This document shows, piece after piece, positions 7,476-16,268 of a stretch of 56,234 nucleotides of DNA. The notes beneath the pieces are model-generated. The model worked only from the letters and a program-made list of their open reading frames with translations. It was not told the origin of the DNA and ran no database searches. The first letter of the stretch is position 1. The number at the start of each line of letters is the position of its first letter. The position numbers and the translations under genes were made by a program. The DNA is from an uncultured Bifidobacteriaceae bacterium. GTDB lineage: Bacteria; Actinomycetota; Actinomycetes; S36-B12. Location of the stretch: the NCBI GenBank assembly GCA_964551975.1, contig CAZKFI010000007.1, forward strand, positions 1 to 56,234, read 5' to 3'.

Positions 7476-9491
7476 GTGTCGCCAACAACGTCGCTGCAGT
7501 CCCGACCCCTGATCATCGGCGGCGGTGCCGCCTGCCTCGTTTTGGGGTTTGCCGCGATGGCATGGGGCCTGGTGGTGACCGGCGCCATGGATGGACCGTC
7601 AGCTCCGGGAATCGAGGATGCTGGGCCCGCCGTGACCTGGGCTGTTCCCATCCTGAAGGCGCTCTGTCTCACCACGGGCGTGATCACAATTGGAGCCCTA
7701 CTGTCGGCGGCGTTCCTCGGCCCCAGTGGCCGTGACGGCGTACTCAGCAGATCGGGTCGTAACTGCATCACCGTTGGCTACTTTGCCGCACTCTGCTGGT
7801 CCATGCTGCTCCTTCTGCTCGCTGTTTCCGACCTCGCACATGTGTTGGCGCTGAGTTGGAGTGAGGTCCTGCAGCCGGGGGTGCTCACCACCTACCTCTG
7901 GGAGGTACCCACAGCGCGCGCCGCCCTCATTGGCGCGCTCCTGGCCTTGGTCATCGCCGTGGCATCGGTGCTCACCACGTCCACTGGCCTGGCCGCCGTT
8001 TGGCTGGTCCTCGCCGCGATCACGATCAGTCTGCCCAGTCTGTTCGGGCACGGTGCCGCACTCGGTGATCACGCATTGGCAATGACTTCATCCGCTGCCC
8101 ACGCAGTCGCGGCGGCCCTATGGGTCGGCGGGTTGATCTTCCTCATCGCCCAGGCCTTCCTACGTGAACCATCCGCCGGAGCCTGGCCACTGCCCACCAG
8201 CGCAGAACGATTTGGGCGCTTGGCGACCGTCTGCCTGGTGATCGTCGCGGTCAGCGGTATCGGCAACGCCTACACCCGACTGGAATACCCAGCCCAACTC
8301 CTGGACACCGGATACGGGCAACTCGTTCTGGTGAAATTCGTTGCGGTGCTCTGCATCGGTGCCATTGCATTCCTGCTGCGACGGATTCTTCTCACGTCAT
8401 CGGGAATCAGCAGACAGGCCCGACTAGCGCGCGTTGCCGCGCTTGAACTCATCTGCCTGGTTTTGGCCATGGCAACAGGCTTGGCGCTGGCAAGCAGTGC
8501 CCCACCACGTGTGGTCATTCCGTTCACTGACCCGGGCGAATACCTCTTGGGCACCGCGTACCCCGCTTCGCCAACCATCACCTCCGTGATCATCGGATTT
8601 CGTCTGGAACCACTCTTCCTGACGGTGAGCCTTGTTGCCGCAGCGCTCTACGTCATCGGCTACCTCCGACTACGTCGGCGCGGCGACCACTGGCCCATCG
8701 GTCGGTTGCTCTGCTGGATGCTCGGCATCGGCCTGATCATCTGGTGCACGAACGCCCCGATCTCGCTCTACGCACAGGTCTCCGTGGGCCTACACATGCT
8801 CCAGCACATGACGCTCACCATGCTGGCGCCGATATTCCTGGTACTCGGTGCGCCCGCAACGCTGGCCTTACGCGCCCTACGGCCATCGACCACAAGTCAA
8901 CGCGGTCCACGTGAGTGGTTGCTCTGGCTACTCAATAGCCCAGTCACCGGGGTCCTCACGAATCCGTTCTACGTCTTCATCGTCTACGTCTTCGGTACCT
9001 ACTCGCTCTACCTCACTGGGGCATTCGCCTCCTTGATGGGCAGCCACATCGGACATGTCGCGATGCAGGTGCACTTCCTGATCTCCGGCTACCTCTTCGC
9101 ATGGGTACTCATTGGAATTGATCCCCGACCGCGTCCAGTTCCCTACTGGGGGCGCATCATGATGCTGCTGCTCGCACTGGCCTTCCATGGGTTCTTCGCC
9201 GTTGCACTGCTGATGCGTTCTGAGCCGTTGGCCCCGGAGTGGTTCTCCATCGTGCGTCCCGAGTGGGTCACTGATCCCCTCCGCGACACCCTTGCCGGAG
9301 CCCAAGTGGCCTGGGGGCTATCCGAGATCCCAACGCTGATCCTGCTGGTCGTGATCGCAGTGCAGTGGGCTCGAAGTGACGAACGCGAGGCGCGTCGGCG
9401 TGATCGCAAGGCCGACCGAGATGACGACGCTGAACTGCGGGCCTACAACGAGAATCTGCAAGCCCTCGCCCAACGCGACGCAAGGAAATAG
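7476..9491 (+). CDS. copD: CopD / cytochrome c oxidase assembly (CtaG, caa3-type) fusion membrane protein
   Basis: 671-aa polytopic protein with a GTG start 8 nt after copC. The N-terminal half is CopD-like. The C-terminal half carries 'MLQHMTLTMLAPIFLVLGAP' and 'HFLISGYLF', typical of CtaG-like proteins. Confidence 0.75.
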   Translation: MSPTTSLQSRPLIIGGGAACLVLGFAAMAWGLVVTGAMDGPSAPGIEDAGPAVTWAVPILKALCLTTGVITIGALLSAAFLGPSGRDGVLSRSGRNCITVGYFAALCWSMLLLLLAVSDLAHVLALSWSEVLQPGVLTTYLWEVPTARAALIGALLALVIAVASVLTTSTGLAAVWLVLAAITISLPSLFGHGAALGDHALAMTSSAAHAVAAALWVGGLIFLIAQAFLREPSAGAWPLPTSAERFGRLATVCLVIVAVSGIGNAYTRLEYPAQLLDTGYGQLVLVKFVAVLCIGAIAFLLRRILLTSSGISRQARLARVAALELICLVLAMATGLALASSAPPRVVIPFTDPGEYLLGTAYPASPTITSVIIGFRLEPLFLTVSLVAAALYVIGYLRLRRRGDHWPIGRLLCWMLGIGLIIWCTNAPISLYAQVSVGLHMLQHMTLTMLAPIFLVLGAPATLALRALRPSTTSQRGPREWLLWLLNSPVTGVLTNPFYVFIVYVFGTYSLYLTGAFASLMGSHIGHVAMQVHFLISGYLFAWVLIGIDPRPRPVPYWGRIMMLLLALAFHGFFAVALLMRSEPLAPEWFSIVRPEWVTDPLRDTLAGAQVAWGLSEIPTLILLVVIAVQWARSDEREARRRDRKADRDDDAELRAYNENLQALAQRDARK

Positions 9492-9570
9492 GTCAACCTC
9501 ACGAGGGAACGCTCTCCTGGCGAACACCGGGCACTTGGCGAGGGGCGCGATCCTCGTACAGACTGCAGGT

Positions 9571-10431
9571 ATGCGGTTTCGATACGGCCTAGCCGACCGA
9601 TCAGCCGACCGGTCAGCTGACCGATTGGGCGACACTGCGCCTCGGCGTCAGTTCACTGCGCGTGCACCACTGGTGCTGTCGCTGGCGGTGAGCACATTGC
9701 TCTTAGCCGTCAGTGTCACATCCACACCGAGCTGGGCCGCACCAATCGGTCACCCGAGCTCATTACCCGGGTTATCGGATGTGGACCAAGTCATCGTGGT
9801 TGTTGCTGATAACCGTAAATCCACCACAGCAGAACTACGCGCCTACGAACGCGAGGCAGACGGGACCTGGTCACAGCGGTTCACTGCGGCCACAGCAACA
9901 CTGGGCTGGTCGGGACTGGTTCCCGGGGAACGCCGCAGGCAGAGCACCGGGAAAACCCCGATGGGCACCTACGCACTGGTGGATGCCTTCGGCCGGCTCG
10001 GCGATCCCGGGACGCAGATGCCGTACTACCGATTCGACCGCAACGATGCGTGGACCTATTACCCGAAGGTGCCGTCCACCTACAACATGCTGCAAACAGT
10101 CGACCGCAGTTGGCGTCGTTATGGCAGTTACGTGGAGCACCTGTGGTCGTACGGATCGCAGTACCGCTACGTCGTGGTCGTCGACTACAACCTGCCACCC
10201 GGTGCAATTACGACCGGCGCAGACGGTGTGCGGCGAACGGCAGAGCCCGCTAACACCCGCCGAGGCGGTGGGATATTCCTCCATGTGTCGAATGGGCGGC
10301 GTACGGCTGGGTGCATCGCAATCTCGCAAGAGCAGATGCGCAACATCTTGCAGTGGCTTAAGCCCGAAGCCAACCCGCATATCGTGATCGGTACCCAGCG
10401 TTCGCTCCAACGAGCTGCCTCAACGCAGTGA
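9571..10431 (+). CDS. L,D-transpeptidase catalytic-domain family protein (YkuD_2-like), predicted Tat-exported
   Basis: 'GGGIFLHVSNGRRTAGCIAIS' gives a His...Cys catalytic motif. The N-terminus has 'PRRQFTARAPLVLSLAV...SWA' (RRxF plus h-region plus AxA). I trimmed the track ORF (9376) to ATG 9571 because the upstream part overlaps the copD 3' end. Confidence 0.7.
   Translation: MRFRYGLADRSADRSADRLGDTAPRRQFTARAPLVLSLAVSTLLLAVSVTSTPSWAAPIGHPSSLPGLSDVDQVIVVVADNRKSTTAELRAYEREADGTWSQRFTAATATLGWSGLVPGERRRQSTGKTPMGTYALVDAFGRLGDPGTQMPYYRFDRNDAWTYYPKVPSTYNMLQTVDRSWRRYGSYVEHLWSYGSQYRYVVVVDYNLPPGAITTGADGVRRTAEPANTRRGGGIFLHVSNGRRTAGCIAISQEQMRNILQWLKPEANPHIVIGTQRSLQRAASTQ
9592..9627. repeat. 3 x 12-nt tandem repeat (GCCGACCGATCA GCCGACCGGTCA GCTGACCGATTG)
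   Basis: Read directly. It encodes ADRS-ADRS-ADRL just after the proposed start codon of the L,D-transpeptidase gene. Confidence 0.85.
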
Positions 10432-10439
10432 TCACAACC

Positions 10440-11237
10440 TCAGGTTAGGCGAATGTCCTCAAGTACCGGGAAAGCCGTCCGCCACTGACCCGGCTCACTG
10501 GGATCCACCGTGGCCACCAAGATCTCAGCGTGCGTTCCAGCGCGCGCAATGACTTCACCGCGCGGATCGACAACGCATGAGCGTCCACCCAATTCGATAC
10601 CCGGCTGGGAGCCCACCTGGTTGCAGGCAAGGACCCACATCTGATCTTCGATCGCACGTGCCTGAAGAAGGACATCCCAGTGTCCGATGCGTGGTGTCGG
10701 CCACCCTGAGGTGAGTACCAAGCTGGTCGCACCACCGGCAACCAGCGCACGGAACAACTCCGGGAACCGCAGGTCGTAGCAGGTAGCAAGCCCGGTTGGT
10801 CCTAAGGGCGTATCAACGACTACCAACTCATCCCCGGCCGTCATCAGGGTCGTCTCACCGCCCTGAAAGCCAAAGAGGTGGATCTTGCGGTACGACGCGA
10901 CCAGGGCGCCATCCGGAGCGAACAGCACGCTGGTGTTGAAGTGACGACCATCTGCGTCACGTTCGCAGAATGAGCCACCATGCAGCCAGATGCCGTGTTG
11001 CCGAGCTGCGGCCTGCAACTCGCCGACGAGTGGGCCGTCCAATGGCTGGGCATGTTCACGTGCGGCGCCCACATCGAATGCACCGACATGCCACAGCTCT
11101 GGAAGTATCACGAACTCGGCTCGCTTGGCAGCCTCACCGATCAGACCGATTCCACGAGGTACGCGTTCATAGACCGGTTCACGCGACGAGCAATCGAGTT
11201 GAATCAAACCCACTGGTAGCCCCGACACGCTCGCCAT
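10440..11237 (-). CDS. carbon-nitrogen hydrolase (nitrilase superfamily) protein
   Basis: Glu-Lys-Cys triad contexts are present: 'VILPELW', 'YRKIHLF', 'LATCYDLRFPE'. ATG at 11237 is preceded by GAAGGAGG, so the track start at 11288 was rejected. Confidence 0.8.
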   Translation of the reverse strand: MASVSGLPVGLIQLDCSSREPVYERVPRGIGLIGEAAKRAEFVILPELWHVGAFDVGAAREHAQPLDGPLVGELQAAARQHGIWLHGGSFCERDADGRHFNTSVLFAPDGALVASYRKIHLFGFQGGETTLMTAGDELVVVDTPLGPTGLATCYDLRFPELFRALVAGGATSLVLTSGWPTPRIGHWDVLLQARAIEDQMWVLACNQVGSQPGIELGGRSCVVDPRGEVIARAGTHAEILVATVDPSEPGQWRTAFPVLEDIRLT

Positions 11238-11290
11238 ACCGACCTCCTTCAACGGAACCCTACGCGCAGAGTCCGTCCTAGGCTCCACCC

Positions 11291-12118
11291 ATGGAGGCGA
11301 CCACGAACGACGCCAATGCAGCCATGGCCGAACTCATCGCGACCTGGCACTGCGCGCAGGTTGATTTCATCGCCCTGGCCGAGGCACTCGATGAGGATCA
11401 TTGGCGGAGCGCATCGGCCTGCCCCGGCTGGACCAACGGTGATGTGGTGGCCCATGTGCTCGACCTCGAAGCTCGCATGTTGGGCGAAGTGGTCGATCAC
11501 GAACCCAACTGGGACGACCTTCCCCATACGGCGACCAGCGACTCACGGGTAACCGAAATCGGTGTCGATGCCCGCCGTGGCCAACCGCAGGCCCAGGTAC
11601 TTGCCGAGCTGCAACGCGTCGTTGCCCAGCGTCTGAACGATCTACAAGCCGGCCCACAGGATCCGGCGACCCCGGCCAAGCATCCGTTCGGCTTCGAACT
11701 GCCACTGGGTCGCCTCCTCCAGATGCGAACCCTGGACAGTTGGGTCCACGAGCAAGACATCCGCGCGGTGATCGGTCAACCGGGCAACTTGGACTCCGCT
11801 GCGGCGCAGAGCACAGCTGATCAACTCCTCAGTGGGCTACCCATGGTCTGGGGTAAGCGGGTCGCGCCCCCACCTGGTGCCACCCTGCTCGTTTCGATCA
11901 CTGGGCCGGGAGTGGAGCGCCTCTGTGGCATCCGGCTAGAACCGGATGGTCGAGCCAGAGTCTGCGACCCAATGGATGAGCCAAGCGTGGTGTTGACAGC
12001 GAGTTGGCCCACCATGCTGGCCGCGCTGGCGGGCCGGCCGACGACAGAGGTGCCCGATGCCTCCGGCGAGGCCGAACTTGTTGGTCGACTTCTCGAAAAC
12101 CTCAGGCTGGTGCCCTAG
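11291..12118 (+). CDS. mycothiol-dependent maleylpyruvate isomerase / DinB-fold family protein
   Basis: The N-terminal 'W...QVDFIALAEAL..DHW...SACPGWTNGDVVAHV' is typical of the TIGR03083 / MDMPI_N family (recalled). Confidence 0.65.
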   Translation: MEATTNDANAAMAELIATWHCAQVDFIALAEALDEDHWRSASACPGWTNGDVVAHVLDLEARMLGEVVDHEPNWDDLPHTATSDSRVTEIGVDARRGQPQAQVLAELQRVVAQRLNDLQAGPQDPATPAKHPFGFELPLGRLLQMRTLDSWVHEQDIRAVIGQPGNLDSAAAQSTADQLLSGLPMVWGKRVAPPPGATLLVSITGPGVERLCGIRLEPDGRARVCDPMDEPSVVLTASWPTMLAALAGRPTTEVPDASGEAELVGRLLENLRLVP

Positions 12119-12133
12119 ACGGTTCCGGGCGAG

Positions 12134-13414
12134 CTAGACGTCGAGTAGCAGACCCAACGCGGGGTCATTCAGGAAACTGGCCAGGGCACTCAAGGCTCGG
12201 GATGCCTGTGACCCATCGACAATCCGGTGATCGAAGGACATCGACAGGGTCATGACCGGACGAACCACGACATTGCCGTCGACAACCCAGGGGCGATCAG
12301 CGATTCGCCCCGTGGCAACGATCATTGATTCACCTGGATTGAGGATGGGTGTGCCGCCATCCACGTCGAAAATGCCGATGTTGGTAATGGTGACCGTGCC
12401 GCCGGTGAGGTCCTGCGTCGAACTGCGTCCCGCACGCGCAGTCGTGATTAATTCTTGAAGACCTCTCGCCAGCTCGCGCAGCGGTAGGTCTTCGGCATCT
12501 TTCAGGTTGGGCACGAGCAAACCGCGCTCGGTGTCTACTGCGATACCGAGGTTGATGTGACCATGCATTTCCATGTGCGCACTGTCACTGACTCCACCGC
12601 CATTCACGGCATCGTCAGCGACCCAGCGTGCATTCATCTTCGGGAACTGGCGAATCACGCGAATCACTCCTGCGGCAACCAGAACCAATGGCGTGATACG
12701 CACATCCGCGAAACTCGGATGATCTCGCATTCGAGCAAGGACATCGACCAATCGGCTGACTTCTACATCCCGCCACACGGTGACATGTGGAGCCGTAAAA
12801 GCGGACGCGATCATGGCATCGGCCATGGCGCGTTGCACGCCGCGCACCGGGATTCGCTCCGCGGATAACGTGGCCAAACTTGATGCTGCAGCCTCCACCT
12901 GCGCCGCAGCAGTCAAGACATCCTCACGAGTCACTTCACCGTGCCGTCCGGTAGGTGGCACCCGCGCAAGATCGACTCCCAGTTGACCTGCCAATCGGCG
13001 CACCAACGGCTTTGCGCGGACGATAGCGACGTTTGTGCTGAGGGATCCAAGTTCGGTGCTATCTGGAGCACTAGCGCCACGAGCGCGACGACGTCGTGGC
13101 TGGCCGTCTTCCGGTACCCCGTGATTGACCCCGTACCCAACCAGCACCGCACCAGCGTCAACGGCTGCTGCTTGCGTCACCTCCACGGTGAGGATGGGAG
13201 AACCGACCGGTACCAGCGTCCCCTGGTCCACGTGCAGTGTGTGCACGCGTCCGGCATAGGGACTGGGCAACTCGACGATGGCCTTAGCGGTCTCGATTGA
13301 GGCCACGATCTGATTGACCACGACCTGGTCTCCCACCTGCACATGCCATGTCACGATCTCGGCCTCAGTGAGACCTTCCCCGACATCCGGGAGTCGAAAA
13401 ATTTCCTGAGTCAT
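12134..13414 (-). CDS. 2-oxoacid dehydrogenase E2, dihydrolipoamide acyltransferase (branched-chain type likely)
   Basis: Lipoyl domain 'FRLPDVGEGLTEAEI...IETAKAIVELPSPYAG', a subunit-binding domain, and catalytic 'SFDHRIVDG'. ATG at 13414 lies 4 nt after the E1-beta stop, so the track start at 13513 was rejected. Confidence 0.85.
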   Translation of the reverse strand: MTQEIFRLPDVGEGLTEAEIVTWHVQVGDQVVVNQIVASIETAKAIVELPSPYAGRVHTLHVDQGTLVPVGSPILTVEVTQAAAVDAGAVLVGYGVNHGVPEDGQPRRRRARGASAPDSTELGSLSTNVAIVRAKPLVRRLAGQLGVDLARVPPTGRHGEVTREDVLTAAAQVEAAASSLATLSAERIPVRGVQRAMADAMIASAFTAPHVTVWRDVEVSRLVDVLARMRDHPSFADVRITPLVLVAAGVIRVIRQFPKMNARWVADDAVNGGGVSDSAHMEMHGHINLGIAVDTERGLLVPNLKDAEDLPLRELARGLQELITTARAGRSSTQDLTGGTVTITNIGIFDVDGGTPILNPGESMIVATGRIADRPWVVDGNVVVRPVMTLSMSFDHRIVDGSQASRALSALASFLNDPALGLLLDV

Positions 13415-13418
13415 GTCA

Positions 13419-14408
13419 TCACCCCTCCAGGGTGTCCTCCACCGCATCAAGAATGCGATCGACTGACGGTAGGTAGGCGTGTTCGAGTCGACTGGCCGGG
13501 TATGGGATGTCAAAGCCGGTAACCCGCATTACCGGAGCCTGCAACACATAGAAGCAACGTTCGGTCAGAGTTGCCGCGATCTCTGCACCGAGGCCCACGG
13601 TCAGTGGCGCCTCATGAACGACCACGAGCCTTCCCGTCTGCGTCACAGACCGCTCAATCGCGTCGTAGTCGACCGGAGCTAGCGACTGCAGATCCAGCAC
13701 CTCCAGCTCAGCGATTCCTTCAGTGGCGGCGACCTGCGCTGCCTCCAAGCAGGTGCGCACCATGGGCCCGTAGCAGGCCACGGTGACGTCTGAGCCGTGC
13801 CGCACCACACGCGCCTTCCAGGGATCGACTCTGGCAACTTCTTCATCCAGTTGCGCTTCGTCGAACTCCGCACGGTCCCAGTAGCGACGCTTCGGCTCGA
13901 GGAAGAGCACTGGGTCGGGGCTAGCGACAGCCTGCTGAATCATGCGGTACGCAGACGGCGGGTCCGCGGGGGAAAGCATGCGCAGACCAGCTGTATGAGC
14001 GAAGTAGGCCTCCGGAGATTCACTGTGATGTTCCACAGCGCCAATACCCCCGCCGTAGGGGATTCGCACAACAACGGGAACCTGCACGATGCCCTGTGAT
14101 CGACGATGGAACTTCGCCAGCTGAGAGACGATCTGATCGAAAGCCGGGTACACGAATCCGTCGAACTGGATCTCGACAATGGGCCGATACCCGCGCATTG
14201 CCATTCCGATTGCGGTACCCAAGATTCCGCTCTCGGCGAGCGGTGTGTCCATGACTCGTTGTGCACCAAAGGAGTCCTGCAGACCTTCGGTCACCCGAAA
14301 GACGCCGCCGAGCCGCCCGATGTCCTCGCCCATGAGCACCACCGACGGATCGGTTGCCAGGACGCGTCGCAGTCCAGCGTTGATCGCCTGCACCATGGTT
14401 TTTGCCAT
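13419..14408 (-). CDS. 2-oxoacid dehydrogenase E1 component beta subunit
   Basis: 'MGEDIGRLGGVFRVTEGL', 'DTPLAESGILGTAIGMA' and 'IQFDGFVYPAFDQI' are typical of transketolase-like E1-beta. ATG at 14408 follows the E1-alpha stop (14414). Confidence 0.85.
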   Translation of the reverse strand: MAKTMVQAINAGLRRVLATDPSVVLMGEDIGRLGGVFRVTEGLQDSFGAQRVMDTPLAESGILGTAIGMAMRGYRPIVEIQFDGFVYPAFDQIVSQLAKFHRRSQGIVQVPVVVRIPYGGGIGAVEHHSESPEAYFAHTAGLRMLSPADPPSAYRMIQQAVASPDPVLFLEPKRRYWDRAEFDEAQLDEEVARVDPWKARVVRHGSDVTVACYGPMVRTCLEAAQVAATEGIAELEVLDLQSLAPVDYDAIERSVTQTGRLVVVHEAPLTVGLGAEIAATLTERCFYVLQAPVMRVTGFDIPYPASRLEHAYLPSVDRILDAVEDTLEG

Positions 14409-14413
14409 CGAGC

Positions 14414-15538
14414 TCAGCCCTGCAATCCGCTCTGCTTGGCGACCCATTGACGCTGCTCTTCAACCAGTGGGTGGTGCTCTGCGTAGACGTGATCGAACAT
14501 GGTGGCCGGCTCGGGAGTCACCATCGAGCGCACACCGCGCCGGATCTCCTCAGCCAACTCGTCGGCCTCCTGCTGAACTCGGTCGAAGAATTCCTGGTGC
14601 TGCGAACCCGACTGGCGAAGGTACGCCTCGACGCGCCTGATCGGATCCCGGTCCTGCCAGTGCTGAACCTCATCCTCCGATCGATAGCGACCGGGATCAT
14701 CTGAAGTGGTGTGTGGTCCCATGCGGTAGGTCAGCGCCTCGATGAACGTGGGGCCGCCGCCCGCACGCGCTTTCGCAAGGGCCGCGCGGGTCACCGCATA
14801 GGTCGCAAGAACATCGTTGCCATCCACCTGCAGACTGCGCATCCCGTACCCAGCGGCGCGATGTACCAACGGAGCCATCACCTGATGCGACACCGGATGC
14901 GAGATAGCCCACTGATTGTTCTGGCAGAACAACACCACCGGCGCCTGATAGCTGGTGGCAAACACGCACGCCTCGTGCACATCGCCCTGTGAAGTAGCTC
15001 CGTCACCGAAGTAGCCGATAGCGGCATTCGCGGCACCGTCTAGTGAGATCCCCATCGCATAGCCCACGGCGTGCAGTGCCTGATTGCCGATCACGATGAT
15101 CGGCAATGCCACACCTCGCTGCATGGGATCCCAGCCACCAGTGGTGGTGCCGCGGTAAAGCCCCAGGATCTCCAACGCGGTGACCCCACGTTCCCAGCAG
15201 ACGCCGTGTTCGCGGTAGCTCGGAAAGGCGAAATCCCCACGTTCCATCGCCCGGCCGGACCCCACCTGAGCTGCCTCCTGCCCCAGGCTGGGCGCCCACA
15301 GCCCTAACTCGCCTTGACGCTGGAGGGCCGTTGCCTCGATATCCAGGCGCCGCACCAGCACCATGTCCCGATACATCCCGGCAAGGTCAACCTCGCCGAG
15401 GTGCACGTCATCCAGACCCGCCCACCCCAGGTCGACCGACCCACGTGGGTCCTGCCCAGGTTCAGGCAGACCCTCGGGCGTCAGCACACGCACCACCCTG
15501 GGCGCCTGGCTGGGGCTTGAGATCGAATCACCATTCAT
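14414..15538 (-). CDS. 2-oxoacid dehydrogenase E1 component alpha subunit (TPP-dependent)
   Basis: 'YREHG', 'GDGATSQGDVHEA' (TPP motif) and 'VLFCQNNQWAIS'. The start is ATG 15538 (AGGA upstream) or TTG 15559. Confidence 0.85.
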   Translation of the reverse strand: MNGDSISSPSQAPRVVRVLTPEGLPEPGQDPRGSVDLGWAGLDDVHLGEVDLAGMYRDMVLVRRLDIEATALQRQGELGLWAPSLGQEAAQVGSGRAMERGDFAFPSYREHGVCWERGVTALEILGLYRGTTTGGWDPMQRGVALPIIVIGNQALHAVGYAMGISLDGAANAAIGYFGDGATSQGDVHEACVFATSYQAPVVLFCQNNQWAISHPVSHQVMAPLVHRAAGYGMRSLQVDGNDVLATYAVTRAALAKARAGGGPTFIEALTYRMGPHTTSDDPGRYRSEDEVQHWQDRDPIRRVEAYLRQSGSQHQEFFDRVQQEADELAEEIRRGVRSMVTPEPATMFDHVYAEHHPLVEEQRQWVAKQSGLQG

Positions 15539-15592
15539 CGGTGCGCATCCTGCCAGCAAGCATCCGCGCAGTCACTCGGGCACAATTCCGCC

Positions 15593-16252
15593 ATGCCTCA
15601 GGTGCCGGAATCCATTCGAATCTTTCTGCTCGACGATCACGAAATCGTTCGACGGGGCCTGGCAGAGCTCTTGACCTTGGAGCCGGATATAGAAGTTGTG
15701 GGGGAGGCATCCAGTGCTGCTGAGGCTCTGCACCGGATCCCGGCTGCCCGACCCCATGTAGCCGTCCTCGACGTACGCCTACCGGATGGCAGCGGTGTGG
15801 AGGTGTGCCGAGAGATTCGCTCGCAACTCCCGGACACTCGTTGTCTCATGCTCACCTCATACGCCGATGACGAGGCGCTGTTCAACGCGATCATGGCGGG
15901 TGCTTCGGGCTACGTGCTGAAGGATGTGCGCGGTACCGATCTACTCTCGGCAGTACGACAGGTGGCGGCCGGGCAGTCCCTCTTGGATCCGGTTGCTACC
16001 CAACGGGTCCTAGATCGCCTGCGAAACGCCGAGCAAGTTGATGATCGCCTCGGTGCACTCAGTGACCAGGAGCGTCGGATTCTTGAACTCATCGGTGAGG
16101 GTATGACCAACCGTCAGATTGGTCAGACGATGCATCTGGCAGAAAAGACCATCAAGAACTACGTCTCGAGCCTGCTTGCGAAGCTAGGGATGGAGCGGCG
16201 AACCCAGGCCGCGGCCTTCGTAGCCCGAATATCCAGTGAACGCGCTCATTAG
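15593..16252 (+). CDS. devR: NarL/LuxR-family response regulator, DevR/DosR-like
   Basis: Near colinear with recalled Mtb DosR: 'FLLDDHEIVRRGL', 'AVLDVRLPDGSG', 'LTSY..DEA...AGASGYVLKD', 'LAEKTIKNYVSSLLAKLGMERRTQAA'. Confidence 0.75.
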   Translation: MPQVPESIRIFLLDDHEIVRRGLAELLTLEPDIEVVGEASSAAEALHRIPAARPHVAVLDVRLPDGSGVEVCREIRSQLPDTRCLMLTSYADDEALFNAIMAGASGYVLKDVRGTDLLSAVRQVAAGQSLLDPVATQRVLDRLRNAEQVDDRLGALSDQERRILELIGEGMTNRQIGQTMHLAEKTIKNYVSSLLAKLGMERRTQAAAFVARISSERAH

Positions 16253-16268
16253 AAACCCGCTCCGAAGT

